Assembly: GCF_964355755.1 (NCBI RefSeq)
Contig: NC_092671.1
Location: 12,462,001 to 12,526,000, forward strand
Length of the DNA stretch: 64,000 nucleotides
Reading direction: 5' to 3'
Origin: Antedon mediterranea
Taxonomy: Eukaryota > Animalia > Echinodermata
The notes under the pieces are model-generated. The model had not been told where the DNA came from. It worked only from the letters and a program-made list of their open reading frames with translations, and did not search any database. Position 1 is the first letter of the stretch. Every line of letters starts with the position of its first letter. The position numbers and the translations under genes are program-made. This document shows, in pieces, positions 50,519 through 64,000 of this stretch.

Positions 50519-53500
50519 TTAATGTTTGTAGCATAAACAGCCAACGAGAAACTTATATCGGGTATTGACGTCCAACATGTCGATTTCACTGGATGAGGCG
50601 GATACAGCTGAATCGTCTCTATCATTCACGACCTCGTCTTCATTTTTGTTTTCGGTGGCGTCGTCACCTAAATCTTCAAGTGGAGTGGTCGCGCTCCTGG
50701 TGGTGGCAATATCTGTATTATGTGTGTCGTCATTATCATCCTTAAGTACGTCATTGTTTGTTTGATCTGCGTCACCTCCAGGTGGTGTCTGGCGTCTTCT
50801 TTTACGGAGGCGTTTTCGAATTCTTCTTAAAAAACGATGAAAGATCCCGGCAGATGGGGCATTGGGCACAACAGTATCTTCCACATTGTCGTGTTTTTCT
50901 TCCTCGGTATTCACTTCAGTGGAACCTTGGGAGAATAAATACGGTAAATAACTATGCCTATATTTCATCTACTAAAGTAGAACGCGATACTCAATGTCAA
51001 ATGATGAAAAATTACGTAATTGGTAAGTGGTAATAAAGAATTATGGATAGCATTGGACCTGGCCTAAATATTGAAATAATTTAAGAAAAATTAATATAAC
51101 CAACCTTCGTTGTGGATATCAATTTCATAAAATATATCTTCTGGTTTGCCTTCAGGGTTAAGACTTATATCATGGTGACGTTCAACGTCTGCAGGAATTA
51201 AGTTGTCCATACCAGTAGTGACATCATTATCAATAGAGAGGAGGTTGATGTCACCTCTCATCATTGTGTTTCCATTTATATCAGCATGTTCTAGGTAACT
51301 CCATTCAGAACTATTATGATGACGACGAGGATATGTACTTTTGTTGTTGTCAATAATACTTGTTAACTGTTCACTTTCATTGTTGCTGTAAATAACTGTT
51401 GTTTTTAACTGTTCACTTTCATTGTTGCTGTCAATAACTGTTGTTTTTAACTGTTCACTTTCATTGATGCTGTAAATAACTGTTGTTTTTAACTGTTCAC
51501 TTTCATTGTTGATGTCAATAACTGTTGTTTTTAACTGCTCACTTTCATTGTTGCTGTAAATAACTATTGTTTTTAACTGTTCACTTTCATTGTTGCTGTC
51601 AATAACTGTTGTTGTTAGCTTTTCACTTTCATTGTTGCTGTCATCAATTGTTGTTGTTAACTGTTCACTTTCATTGTTGATGTCAATAACTGTTGTTATT
51701 AACTGTTCACTTTCATTGTTGCTTTCAATAACTGTTGTTGTTAACTGTTCTCTTTCATTGTTGCTGTCAATAACTGTTGTTAACTCTTCAATTTCATTGT
51801 TTTTGTCAATAACTGTTAACTCTCCACTTTCATTGTTGTTGTCAATAACTGATAACTCTCCACTTTCATTGTTGTAAATAACTGATAACTCTCCACTTTC
51901 ATTGTTGTTGTCAATAAATGATAACTCTCCACTTTCATTGTTGTTGTTGATAACTGTTGCAAAATAGGTTATGATATTCGTAAGTGACACGGATACATCA
52001 TTGAAATAATTATGTTACGAATTTATATGTTATTTATGTGCTTCAATTTTACGTCATTATTTTGTCAACTTGAATACAAGACGTCTATGTCTATTACACA
52101 TTAGATAATCTGACCTGTTGGAATTGATTGTTTTTCTTGATGTCCCTCAACCAGGTTTCTCATATGTTCAAAATGTTGGATTTTATACTTGGTTGACCCT
52201 CGTTGTATTGGAATATCCTCAATTAAAGCAGTCTTGAAAGAAAAAAAACATGAATGCTAACAGGTCGGTGATTAGAAGTACATAGACCTACAAAATAAGA
52301 CGCATTCTGTAATAATAATGATGATTTGAAATATTTTTGTGACGTCACGTCCACTTTGATATCATACCTGTACATCTTGGACATTGTTGTGGTAGTGTCT
52401 TGGATGGTATGCCACATCTCCAGCTGCTACCTTCCTCTCGCAATGTTCATGGATACCTATCTTTGTTTTGAATTTCTTTGCAGGCTTGGGTGCAACAGCA
52501 GGTTTGACTTTTTTAGATACAGGTCTATTGATCTTTGATTCATCAGCAATTGTCCCTTCGGGTTTCTCATCATTTATGACATCATTTTGTTCCTGTGCAT
52601 GAGTATCTTTGACAACCTGAAGAGCCGATTCGATTACTCCTTGAACAATCTGTTGCGCCCTTTCTGTCAATATCTGGGTTTCTGCGGCAGCTTCTGCGTT
52701 AACAATTGTAATAGCAGATTTAAGAACCCCTTCGACAATCTGTTGTGCTCTTTTATTCATAATGACACTTTCAGTAGAAGCGCTGGCGGATAAAACATTC
52801 TGATTGTCTTCTTCGGCACCAGTATCATTATCACGACATGCCGTTATCTGTGCGTCATCTTTTGGGGATTCGTCATTACCGATGTCTTCGACAAAATATT
52901 CGTTGTGTGTTACAAAACCTGTTTCATTTGTAGGTAATTGAATGGAAGGTACCATGTTGTGTTCTGCATTAGTGGCAGGTGCCTCGATAGGTAAATAAGT
53001 AGGCCTATCATTAGATCTGACCATCCCATCAAGAATAATAACTTGGTTTCGCAAGGCGTTGAAAATATCTGGGGTGAGCGTCTGTCCTTCGTCAGCTGCG
53101 ATAAATGTCATACTAGTGCAAGGGGGAGTGAAAAATCCTTCGTTGTCTACCGAAATCTGTTCGTCTTCAACTGGGCATATCTCATCCAGTCTGGCTAAAG
53201 CTGTACTGGAGTGAATTACTTCTGGTTTACCATCAACAATTTCGGTGAGGCTGACTTTGGAATTGCTAATAAGACGTGTAAGTCTTGGTAAATCACGACG
53301 GAAGCTTTCGGCAAGACGTCTTCGTTGTGTTGTTTTTGACACCCACTCATTAAGAAGGGCTGTTGATGACATCCGATTCACAAGCATTCCCATGTCCCAG
53401 AACATGTCCTTTCGGTAAGGAAGTGGAGCAGTATTGGCACTGCAGAAGCTAATGTTACTTTCACAAGCCATGTCATGTTGACTGGGACAACAGCTAGGGA

Positions 53501-53969
53501 CTCTACTCGACTGTCGACTGTTGATACCGATCTTGACTCTGGATGACGCAGAAGAGACAAATCCAAAGGATTTGTTCATAATCAGATCACTCGGTTTAAT
53601 ACTCAGTGGAAAGATTGACTCTTCTGCTGAGGAGATTTCTTCTTGATCATATTCCGGGGTTTCTGGTGGTGTGTAGGCCATATATTTTAGGATTTTCGAC
53701 CTTTTGATTTCGAAATTAACAACATGTGTGTCATCTATAAATATAAATAATAAGAAAAATAGAAGTTAAGGAAACAGAGGCTTCTAGTGACTAATAATGA
53801 CGAGGATTTTGAAATTCGTCATGTACAAAGACAATAAAAAGAAATTTTCATTGTCATTGTCAATAAAGTGAAGAAGATGCCATCATAGAACAGAGACAAA
53901 TTTGCCGATTTTACACAACTAATAACATACAAATAACAACTTACCGGTGTTCTTGTCGTCTTGTTCCAT
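50519..53969 (-). CDS. Uncharacterised ~921-aa low-complexity protein with two AKAP-like amphipathic helices and Asn/Glu/Thr repeats
   Basis: Phase-consistent exons 53969-53945, 53734-52368, 52232-52115, 51953-51105, 50925-50519(TAA) join the 439-, 299- and 149-aa ORFs into one frame. Confidence 0.75.
51340..51953 (-). repeat. Coding minisatellite (units ~36-45 bp; (T)TVIDSNNESEQL / SVIDNNNESGEL)
   Basis: About 15 tandem in-frame units of aactgttcactttcattgttgctgtcaataactgttgtt-type sequence. Confidence 0.9.
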
Positions 53970-54587
53970 CTTCGTCTTTTTTAATAAGATTTTGGAATGT
54001 TATCTCATAATAAAACTTTATTCAGTCCACATGAAAAACATTCCCGGTTTTGTAAAGCTAACTGCCGCTTTGTTGCTTTGTTAGGCATTGTCATGGTGAT
54101 TGTACGCGTGTTTGTAGCTTAGGACGCTGTCTCACGTGCGTGCGCAATAGTATCGTGCTGCTTAATAAAATAAAGCAAACGCACTTAGCATGCACATCAA
54201 TATTATATCATTTTAGATATTACATTTTTTACATAAAATAATGTCAAAATTGTAGACATTGTTTGAATTTAACTAATTCCTACCATATTCATAACATCTT
54301 TAGTAATAGTATGAACTTGTGGAAAGGTTTCATCGGATTTAAAATTAATAAAGAAATTTATACTTATTGTATAGTGGTTAAAAAAAAATACGGTCTTTTT
54401 AGAGATTAATTTGAAGCTTAGCGCCCCCACTATATCCCCGTTTGCACGCTTCACTGATTAAGATTGTTTGGCTATTCCAAAGTGACAGATCGATTGGCAG
54501 CACAAACTGCAGGCAGGGAGGTTCGGAAGGTGTTTCCCCAACATGGTGGATTATCGTAGGCCTAATTCAATTTGTTCGTTTTAGAAG
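53970..54587. promoter_or_regulatory. Probable bidirectional promoter between the AKAP-like gene (-) and the SESTD1-like gene (+)
   Basis: Head-to-head first exons (minus-strand donor at 53944, plus-strand donor AAG|GTAAGT at 54588); locally CpG-richer with a CACGTG E-box at ~54133. Confidence 0.45.
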
Positions 54588-55745
54588 GTAAGTTTTTATT
54601 TTCGTATTCTAACAGTGTATAGATCTTTTTAATATGTTTGTTTGATATGTTTTCTTGCAGTCACCTATTTTTCTTTCCCGAGCATGCATGCAAAAGAGGG
54701 ATGTGAGACAAAATAAATTGGTTGTTGTTGGTTATCCTCTCCAACCGACCCCCATTGATCCACAGGTAGTGGTCTATCCAGTGTTTATGTCTGATTACTA
54801 AAGCTTGGTATTCCTCAGGCCAGGGTGCAGCATACATACAAAACAAGGGGCGGGGGTGCAGAAGCCACTTAGATATTGAGGCACTTTTGTGATACCTATT
54901 AAAAAATACTATTAACTACCTGTCGCATGATTTGTATCTAACGAAATCGCACTGTGTAATATTTCTTCTGGTTCCCGGCGAACAAGAGCAACCGACAAAA
55001 ATATACCATATAAATGCAGCTCCTCCCGGTATGGATGGGAATATTCAATAGTAAACAATAGTGTGGGCATGTGTATCTTTCTTGAGTTGTGTCCTAGTTG
55101 AAACAGTGTTTTAAAGTAATTGTTTTTTCATTATCCTGATGCACCCTATCTGGTACGTTTGCACCTAAAGACGGACAAGTGACGTTTACTACTTCAAGTT
55201 TTCAACAAGACATTTCTGCAATATGTTTTCAATCTATAGGAAAAGTCAAATTATGACATACTGTAGACAGCCTTATGAATCGTTTTTTATCCATTCTTAA
55301 TTCCTTATTTATGTTAACACAAGATATACAATACTGTACAGTATAAATCTTTGAACTGTGTGTTCTTTGTTTAGATATTAATACAGGTGAAGATTTGGTT
55401 ACAATGCTTATTCATAGACATGTTGAGAAATAAATGTACGGTATATAAAATACCCTCTTTTATAATAAAATTGTATAGTGGTACTGATAGTATTCTAGTT
55501 CTGTTGGCGACATGTCATGTCATTGTTAGTTTCTTTAGTTGTTGATAAAAAAGGTGTACGCTTTGAGAATAATACAGTAGGTCTTCGTAACATAAATTGT
55601 ATATACTCGTAAAATGTTTAGTATCTTTAAAATACGTTCCATTTTGTTTAGACCTATTATGAATACAAATGCAGTATTAAAATAATTTTGTGTCTAATTT
55701 TGAAAATTGCTGTTTTTATTTTCTGTTGCTAGGTGATGATAAATA

Positions 55746-58700
55746 ATGGCTTCCAACCAATATTCTGCGAGTAACCACAGGAACTTAAAGTCAAAGAGTA
55801 TGTCCAATATACATGCAGATCATCATGGCAATGGCTCACCTCAACTGATGTCGTCATCTGTGAGTGATGTACGAGAAGCTCAAGAGCATGGCCAGAATTA
55901 TCAAAAAGAAAAAGGTGTAGTATGATGATTATTGGTTTTTTACTGTAACAAATAAAAGTATTAGAAATACTGAATTTTAGAATAGAAAGACGTACAATAA
56001 ACAAAGTCATAAACAAAACCATTAATGAGAAAAAAAGGAAAGTTGTAATATGGAAAATGTGGGTGGTAATGTAACACCCAACATAATTGCTTAGCAACTC
56101 AAAGCTTTCATCCAGCTTATTTTTTTTAATTGGGAGCTAGTAGCTAGGTCATGTTAATTAGTAGCTAGGTCGTTTATTTAAATTTTGTGTATTGAAATGT
56201 GCTTCCTCCCTCAATTCCTCTACACAGTTTTTGCATAATATGCAGAGGTCATAGGTCATCACAAATTGAAAAAAAAAACCAACACGAACAAAAACCCTAT
56301 ATTTAATTATCAAAGTTATAAACTCTTGCATTTTTTAGTAGTCTTCATAAAATGTTTGTAGCTACATTGCTGATTAAAATGAAGAATAAAGCCCATTCAT
56401 TTTTGCACTCATGTTGACCCTTTTAGGGTACAATGCATATGTACCAAGTATTGGCTTCATATGAAATTGTATACTGTACCTTCACACACTGTGAATCATA
56501 TTGAAGGTGTGTTCAAGCATACAGATGGAGTATTGTTATTCTTTCTTGTTGTCTTGTTTACATTCTAAAGTTCACACTCTTTATTCAAATACACTTGTGA
56601 TCTCTGGTATGCTGTTTACCCAATGGGAGCTCATAATGAAACTTAATTAGTTAAGACAGGGAAGAGAATTTCATTCTTCTCTGCTTAAGAATTTATTTGT
56701 TTATTAACCCAATCAACAAATCAAATAATAGAAGATAGACAATTTACAAAAAATCTATTCTTATTCAGGGGCGCAGCCAGCAAAGAATTAAAGGGGGGGT
56801 CAACGAATATGTGAGTATTTTACGAGCGAAGCGAGCAACCATGGGCTGGGGGCCAGGGGGCCGCCAAGGGCCCCCGGTTGGGGTCCAGGGGGCGAAGCCC
56901 CCTGGAAGCTTTGGCGGTCTAGGGCAATCTAGATCATTTGAATCGGTTTACGCACACACAAATATGACAATGTTAACACTAATAAACTGAAACAAAGAAA
57001 ACAAAAAACAACTCTCATTTTCATTACAGAACATTTTTATATTCCAGGCTGCCACAGACAAACACTTTTTTTCTTGCTTGTTTGTTGATTTGTGTAGAGA
57101 GGCTGTAAACTCAGGAGGAATTATTTGAATTCCTCCCTTTTCACCAATACAAAAGTTGCATGAAATGAACGTAGAGATGCAAAAGTTTGAAAAAAGAAAT
57201 TAGAATGATAGCATGGAGGGAGTGATATTATTAAATGAGAACCGTAAGGTTAGAGCTCATACACTATGCAAGTCCAAGAAGCTATCTTGGCTCCGTGTGT
57301 ATGTGAGACGCTTATCATACCCAGTACATACAATATTTTGTTTAAAAATATACCTATTTTGTTCGAATGTATAGTATAGGTGATAGCTTATACATAATTG
57401 TAATAACTAACTTCTAAATTATTATCATACATTTTACGTTAGTTACTATAACGGCGCTCTTGACATCGCGTGATGCATCTTTAAACATAAGTTTGGAACA
57501 TTCTTCTTGGCTTGGAGACAGAATTCGCGAATGACATTCTCTGTATTAATGTTCATGTTAAAGTGTATGTTCATGAGGCACAATCCCGAAAGCTGCTCAT
57601 AAGACATGTGATTTCCCAAACAGGTTTTCGTTCTCCATAAAGTCGAAAAACTCCGCTCAGCTTAAGCAGACGTTACGGGCATAGGCCTACGCGATTAGAA
57701 GAAGTGCACACACATTCGGGAACACATCTGGATCCGCTAATTTTACACAGTCGCTTCCATCACTGAAGCTCGGAATGAAGATGTTCGTGTCTTGGCAGAT
57801 CATCGTACCAAATTCAAGTTCCTTGAAGACTTCTTCAACATTACACTTCACGATAGACTCGGGTGCTACGCCAAATATTTTAAAGCATGGCCTGTTATCG
57901 GCAGAAAAACGGGTTTTTAACTCGGTTTGTAATCAAGAAGTTGATTTGGTAATACTGCTCGGTAGTAATCTTCCACAGTATCTCCAGGATGATTGATCTG
58001 TATTGTTTTCTCATGTTTTTATTTATTTTTTCTAAAAAAAAGGGGGGGTCAGGACCCCCGTGACCCCCCCACTGGCTGCGCCCCTGTTATTTTATTTAAG
58101 TGATTGAACTGAATTTGATAGGAAATACAGAGTAAAATCCCTCATTATTTTACCATACTGTAAAACAAACCAGTATTTAGGGAACATCTGCATTAAGGGG
58201 ACACTTTTGGTGGGGTATGGGAGAGGTAGATTTTGGGGAAGTGCTAAAACTGTATTAATTATTTATGAAATAAATATATTTAGAATTACAATTTAACGTT
58301 GTTTTATTGTTTAGTAAACCAACATATCTCTATCTTTTATAGTTGCTTCTCCTTGGGCTTCTCAAATTGTAGATTTACTAAGAAGACGTATTGTGTATAA
58401 ATCTGGTAAGTATCAAATTGAAATAAAAAAATAAATCACAACAGACTAATCAATTGGTGAAACTTATCTGCAACTGCTGTGCAATTGTGTTTACTATTCA
58501 GTTTATTAACTATCTCTATTTAAATTCTAAATCAACAACGTTGGATCCCTACAGTTCAATATGTTTTTTTTTGTGTTTAATAGCCAATCCAAGGAATGTT
58601 TAAAGTAAGGTTGATTTTAATTCATGATTTCAACAGTCGTGACCTCCTCCTTCCATTATTGACAATCTATTATTATTTCAAGAATGTAGAAAAGAAAGCA

Positions 58701-61700
58701 GAGTGCCTTTTTGTATTCATTAACCTTGCACTAAATAGACCCACTGCTACTCTATTTACTTAAAAGATAATTTACATTGTAAATACAATAGCTCCTCTAG
58801 TTTAATTACTCAATATGACGAATCTTATATTGTACAAATAATAATATGACTAATGTACAGTTTCAAATTTGTCACTTTTTATTATTGGACACACCTAAAT
58901 ATACAATCAAATGAATATAGTTATATAATAGTAACTTTAGTAATATACAATTAAGATTATAACAAATTTATATTGGATATTTATGTTTACGTGTGAATAA
59001 ATTTACCCCAATTTCTTGGGAGCAGAAACAGGAAATAAATAATGTCAATAAATGGTTAAATGGCAGCCTGAAAATAATGGTTAAAACATTCAATCGATTC
59101 GGTGTTAGAACGCCATTTAACCAGTTATTGCTGTGCAACTTTTAGCTGCAACGCAAAATAAGGGTTATTTGATTGACAGCCACTGACAGTTTAAACAGTT
59201 AGTCAGGAGCAAAAATTTAGCAGAAAGGAAAATTATATTTTTAATCTATTTTTAAATAAACGGTTTATTTGGTGCTATGCAGCAGAAACAGGCCCATAAT
59301 TACACACTGTTGCAGTACCATGTGTGTTCTTTGCTTCCAGTAAAATACTACAACAATCTTCTTCATATCAGTACAGTCTTGTGGATTACCTAACTCGTCT
59401 TGTTCACATTCAGGTTTTCATGTTTTATTCAATGCAGTATTGCTGTACTAAAATATCCATTAGGCCTACTCTTTATAATATAATATGTACTTCAAGGTAC
59501 AGTATCGTAAGACCATATACTGTATATACTGTATTAATCAACAGGCATACAGTATGCTTTTATGACCTTGAGTAGTGCTTTTTGTCTTTGGTTAACTGGA
59601 CAAAAATAGTACAATAATATACAAATGATTGCGATTGTTACAAAAATTAATCACCCTGTAAATGTACAGAATTAGATCGGACACAGAAATCACTTCTCTC
59701 TATTTATCGCCACCCTTTTCAAATTCTGTGAACCATACTCAAAAGTACGTTGGTATTATCTGTTAATACCCATTGTTATGATTATATGAATTAGAATTAT
59801 GTATAATAATATTGTATACAATTTGATATTAATATATGATTGCTATTTGTTGGTCAGTCAACTTATTAAGTTAACTTTTTAGTAAATTAATTTTAATGTT
59901 GCGTGATGTGTCACATTATTTTTTGATCACAAATGATTTATTATTGTTACCCAGGTGGGCAGGATAAGAGAGGAAGATCAATTATCTCCATAGACATTCA
60001 AAAAGCTGATACACTACATGACATTGCTACCTGTATACTGTACTTAACATCAAACACAAGGTACTGCACTTGATACCATTTTGACTGCCTTTTCATTCAG
60101 AAACCCTTTATTTTTAAGGTTACCCACCAAATACCAGCATTGATCAATCAATCAAATTAGATTTATGTATCACCTACATGTATTTAGTACCTAAAGTAAT
60201 GTAGTAGTGGTAAAATACATGAATATTACTTTTATTATTTTTACTTACTCAGAAATTGACCACTTTGTTTATAATATGGTTTATATTTTTATATGAGTTT
60301 GATGGATTCTTTTAGGAAAAGAAATCATGAGAAACCGTTTGTAATAGTTGCAGATTTCACAGGGTTAGGCTTTCAACAAGTACGCTCCATTTTAGATATG
60401 TTACAGGTAAGTCTACAATGTCTATTTCGTGCCTAGCTTACCCAGATAAACTGACAGGCAGGAGAACATACAGTATGTATTGCTATTTACATTCATGTAA
60501 AATGTGAACCACATGATTTCGGTTTGAAGTTTGATGAAGCCTTTCAATTTAATTGTTAAATGTAATAAACATAACATCACTATAAATAAAAGGTTTTTTT
60601 TTTCCTTAATATTTAAAAAATTTGTTTTTGATAGATGCCTAATGAACAACTCATTCATTCATTATGAAACGATGAGAATATGCAATTAAATCTAAATATT
60701 TTCCTGTAATGTATTAAACATTAACCTATTAATTTATTTATTTCCCAAGTAGGAAATTGCCATCCATCATTGAATTAATGCAAACTTTTGGTATTTGCTT
60801 GGCTCTATCTATTTTATTGCATTTATCATGAAGTAATCAAATCGCAACTTCCTGTATTACTTCAATCCAATTATTTATTCAATCTATGACATTAAGATTA
60901 AATAAATAGAATATAGAAAGTACAGAAATATATAAAACATTCAATTGATTATTACTAAGTTACTACTTCTTTTCAAATATAGTTTGTTTTACTAGTGATT
61001 ATCTAACATATCATTTGTATTATAGAAATCTTGCCGTCATCAAATTCACACAGCATATCTAGTTGTACCTGGTGCATTTAAGGGGAAAGATGGCGAAAGA
61101 TGGAAATATAACTTCAGTTTTGAGGTAATCTTCCACCATTTTATATATTTATATATAGGTATACTTGTTTTCAATTTAGTTAAACCAATGAGGCCCAGAT
61201 CAACTCATATCTAATATTTTTGTTTTTTTAGACGATATTATTCTCTACTTTATCAAAGCTTTTCGAAGTGATTGACACACACAATTTAACTGAGGATTTT
61301 GGAGGAACACTTTTGTATAATCATGATGAATGGGTGGAGTTAAGATTGGTAAATAATCTTTGACATTTTTATATGAAATTCAATAAACATTATGTGCTTT
61401 ATCAGAAAAATGGACATGTTTTCCACAAATTGAAGTTTCAAAATGCACTTCAATAGGGAAGGTGTAGGTCTTTCATTGAACACCTTATTTATTTTTTTGT
61501 TTATAATTAGTTATAATTTAATAAATTACTGTGACATTTCAATATTTTATGTATGTGTGTGTGTGTCTAGCTTTAAAATGCATGTAAAAAGGAAAAATGT
61601 GTGGAATCTGATTACAACTTATATGATTACTATTGTATGTTCCTTAGGATTATGAACGCTTTTTGAAAGATGCATCTACACTTATCCAACGACTAGACAG

Positions 61701-64000
61701 GGTTAATTATGAGGTGAAGAGACAAGATAAAAAGACAATGGGAAAAAAGACGAGAAGTCGTCAAAGATGGCACGATGTTGTCTTTAATCAACCAGGTGCT
61801 ACATATCAACATGGTACATTTATTTGCAATAAACCTTTGCTTTTTTCAATATATAAATATTGTTTATTTAAATCTTATTAGTTTATCATTAATTACCATA
61901 ATATTGAGCATTTGATCACCTCACCACCCTCACAAGATATTGTTTGATTAAAATTGTTTACATGAATATATTAAATACTATGGCAAAATGTACAATTAGT
62001 AGTGAATTAATTCCAAATAAAAAATGTTTGTATAATATTTTAGATCTCTTCTGCGTTAATAATGTATTGTTATATTTATGTTTCCTTTCTGTTCCTATTA
62101 AACTATTTAACTACATTTTATATTAGGTTTTTTTATATCAGAATAGTACACCATAGCAGGTGCATTTTAGCCTGCATTATAAACCGTACTAAACAAACAG
62201 CTTTGGTATGCTTTGCAGGTACATACATCATACGAAAGCTAAGAAAAGACAAATCAGAAGATGAGACGATAATGTTGAATGAAGTAGAGGGGATGTTAAA
62301 TGAGATACAAGACAAACAGGGTGAATTAAAACATTACCTCTCAGAGGATAAAAAAGAACATCATGTACCAATGGAAGTTCAGGAACTTGAGAGTGGTATA
62401 AAACGAGTAAGTTGAATATTTAGTTTGCATGTTACATAACAACAAAATATTGTGTGTGCTTTGACTATCTTCTCACAAATAAGGTAACTTCAGAGCATAT
62501 TTAGAGATTTATTTTTTTAATTACCATTGCCAGCAACATTAAACATGTCATCAATTATTGGTCTACTATTCAGATAAACTCAATTTATTTCAACTGTTTG
62601 TTTTTGTAGGTTGTTGATTGGATCATTGGACCAGGAGAAAAATTACTAGCATCTCAATCAACCATTGGCAACAATCTTCAGTCTGCTGACCAACTTAGGA
62701 GAGATCATGAAAAACTAGAGTTGAAATGCACTGTACGTATCTTGAAAATTCCCTATAGAATAAAGCGTGGTTCACACTAGCACACGCAACGCAGCGACAT
62801 ATTGACGTGTGCTGCATAATCACAAGTGGGAACCGACGACGCAACAGCGCTGCAAACATCGCAGGTTTGGTTTTACTCAGACAGGAGCAAACACAATCAT
62901 TGAAAGGGCATTTTCTTGGGTTGCATTGCGCTAGTGGTAACGAAGCTTTAGAAAGTACAAACCTATACACGGATCAAACCTAGTATTATCATCCTAAAAG
63001 AGAAAGGCAATATTTGCTGAATATGTTTCTTCATTTACAAATTTTTTTTTTTTTTTGGGGGTAAAAATAGGAAACATATGCAACATTTGCTGAGCTTCGT
63101 TATGTTGCTAACGGTTTGATAAAAAATGGAGGACCTTCAACTGAGAGTGTTGCTGCCCAGAAGAAATATATGGACTCGGTGTGCAGGAGCTTTGCCAGTC
63201 GGCTGGAAAAAAGAAGAAATCTACTTATTTGTTCTGTTTGTTTTCATCGTACTTTAGAAAATGTATGTTTGTAGTTTATTTTAATCACTAATTGCATTTG
63301 TAATCGGGAGTTGTATTGTATATGATGCTAACAAACATATAAATTATATTTGTCAGTACTGTATGTTTAATCATGTATTCTTACATACTACTGATACTGT
63401 TATGTTGGTTTTTAGTAGCCTACTTACCATTGTACTTGCCTAAATGTATGTACTGTATTAAATTCATTCGTCAGTGGAAAATTACTTTCATTTATTGTTG
63501 TTTACACATAAAATATACATAGAAATTATGATAAATCACCAAATCTTGAATTTATAATTCTTATTTTTAGAATTCAACAAATCCTATTTTATTTTGTTTT
63601 TGTTTACAGAGTATGCATACATTGGAAGATTTAATTGAGATGTTCAGAGGTGACGTAGTTGCTGACAGTACAGAAATGGTCAAACGAGTTGTGTCAAATA
63701 TTGATGATAACTGTCATGCAATTGGTCAGTATTTCTATGTTATATATCAGTTATTACATTTGTACTGGAAAATCCCAAAATATATGTTTATGATCATGCA
63801 CATTATTCAAATAACTTCATCAACATTTTTTGTTTCAGCATTTTCTATTGAACAAACGGAAAGAGAGGGAGAAAGATTGTTAGAAATGATGAGTAGCCCC
63901 GTTAAGAATGCTTTTGGTAAAGATATAACACCAAAGTTCGACAGCCAGAAAAGTCATGTGACCACATCTATCCACGAGATGAATAAACAACGCAAACAAG
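55746..64000 (+). CDS. SEC14 (CRAL-TRIO) and spectrin-repeat protein, SESTD1-like; continues beyond the window
   Basis: Exons 55746-55914, 58343-58405, 59955-60060, 60316-60406, 61026-61124, 61232-61348, 61648-61813, 62219-62406, 62610-62732, 63071-63262, 63610-63724, 63839->64000. SGGQDKRG, LTEDFGGTLLYNHDEWVELRL (Sec14 end), VVDWIIGPGEKLL...HEKLE, FASRLEKRRNLL (spectrin). Confidence 0.85.
56766..58086 (-). mobile_element. Internally deleted hAT transposon with dimerisation-domain remnant
   Basis: 15-bp TIRs CAGGGGCGCAGCCAG / CTGGCTGCGCCCCTG. The - strand at ~57500-57740 encodes decayed FPNVCALLLIA..PVTSA*AERSFSTL.RTKT.L..HMS.EQLSGL.LMNIH. An 8-bp TSD is not clean (TTATT on both sides). Confidence 0.85.
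62764..62947. mobile_element. Harbinger-type MITE
   Basis: Imperfect TIRs AGCGTGGTTCACACTAGC / GCTAGTGGTAACGAAGCT flanked by TAA / TTA. Confidence 0.6.

Noticed and set aside
51590-51877. 95-aa hydrophobic ORF on the + strand
   Set aside because: Antisense shadow of the coding minisatellite.
55746-64000. Idea that this is the missing N-terminus of the Trio/Kalirin gene
   Set aside because: It lies downstream of the Trio/Kalirin stop with five genes in between, and its spectrin repeat (VVDWIIGPGEKLL) is SESTD1-like.

Overview
AT-rich, intron-rich metazoan genomic DNA, most consistent with an invertebrate deuterostome such as an echinoderm (inference, not proven). Most short ORFs in the track are spurious or exon read-throughs. 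I reconstructed genes by hand from GT-AG splice sites and reading-frame phase. (1) 3' half of a Trio/Kalirin RhoGEF gene (+, GEF2 DH-PH, SH3, Ig, FN3, kinase; stop at 31751). (2) Two tandem GM2-activator/ML-domain genes (+). (3) A divergent otopetrin (+). (4) SLX9/FAM207A (-). (5) An orphan ~921-aa gene with two AKAP-type helices and a coding minisatellite (-). (6) 5' part of a SESTD1-like Sec14-spectrin gene (+). Mobile DNA includes a P-superfamily element with a 7-bp TSD, a Helitron with a nested Harbinger MITE, a hAT remnant, a CR1-type 3' end, SINEs and Tc1/pogo-type MITEs. Three unannotated signals stand out: a dispersed set of 25-30 bp CATGGA..CATG palindromes with 7-bp TSDs that look like P-element excision footprints, a U17/snR30-like structured RNA in an SLX9 intron, and the candidate tandem-helix AKAP.
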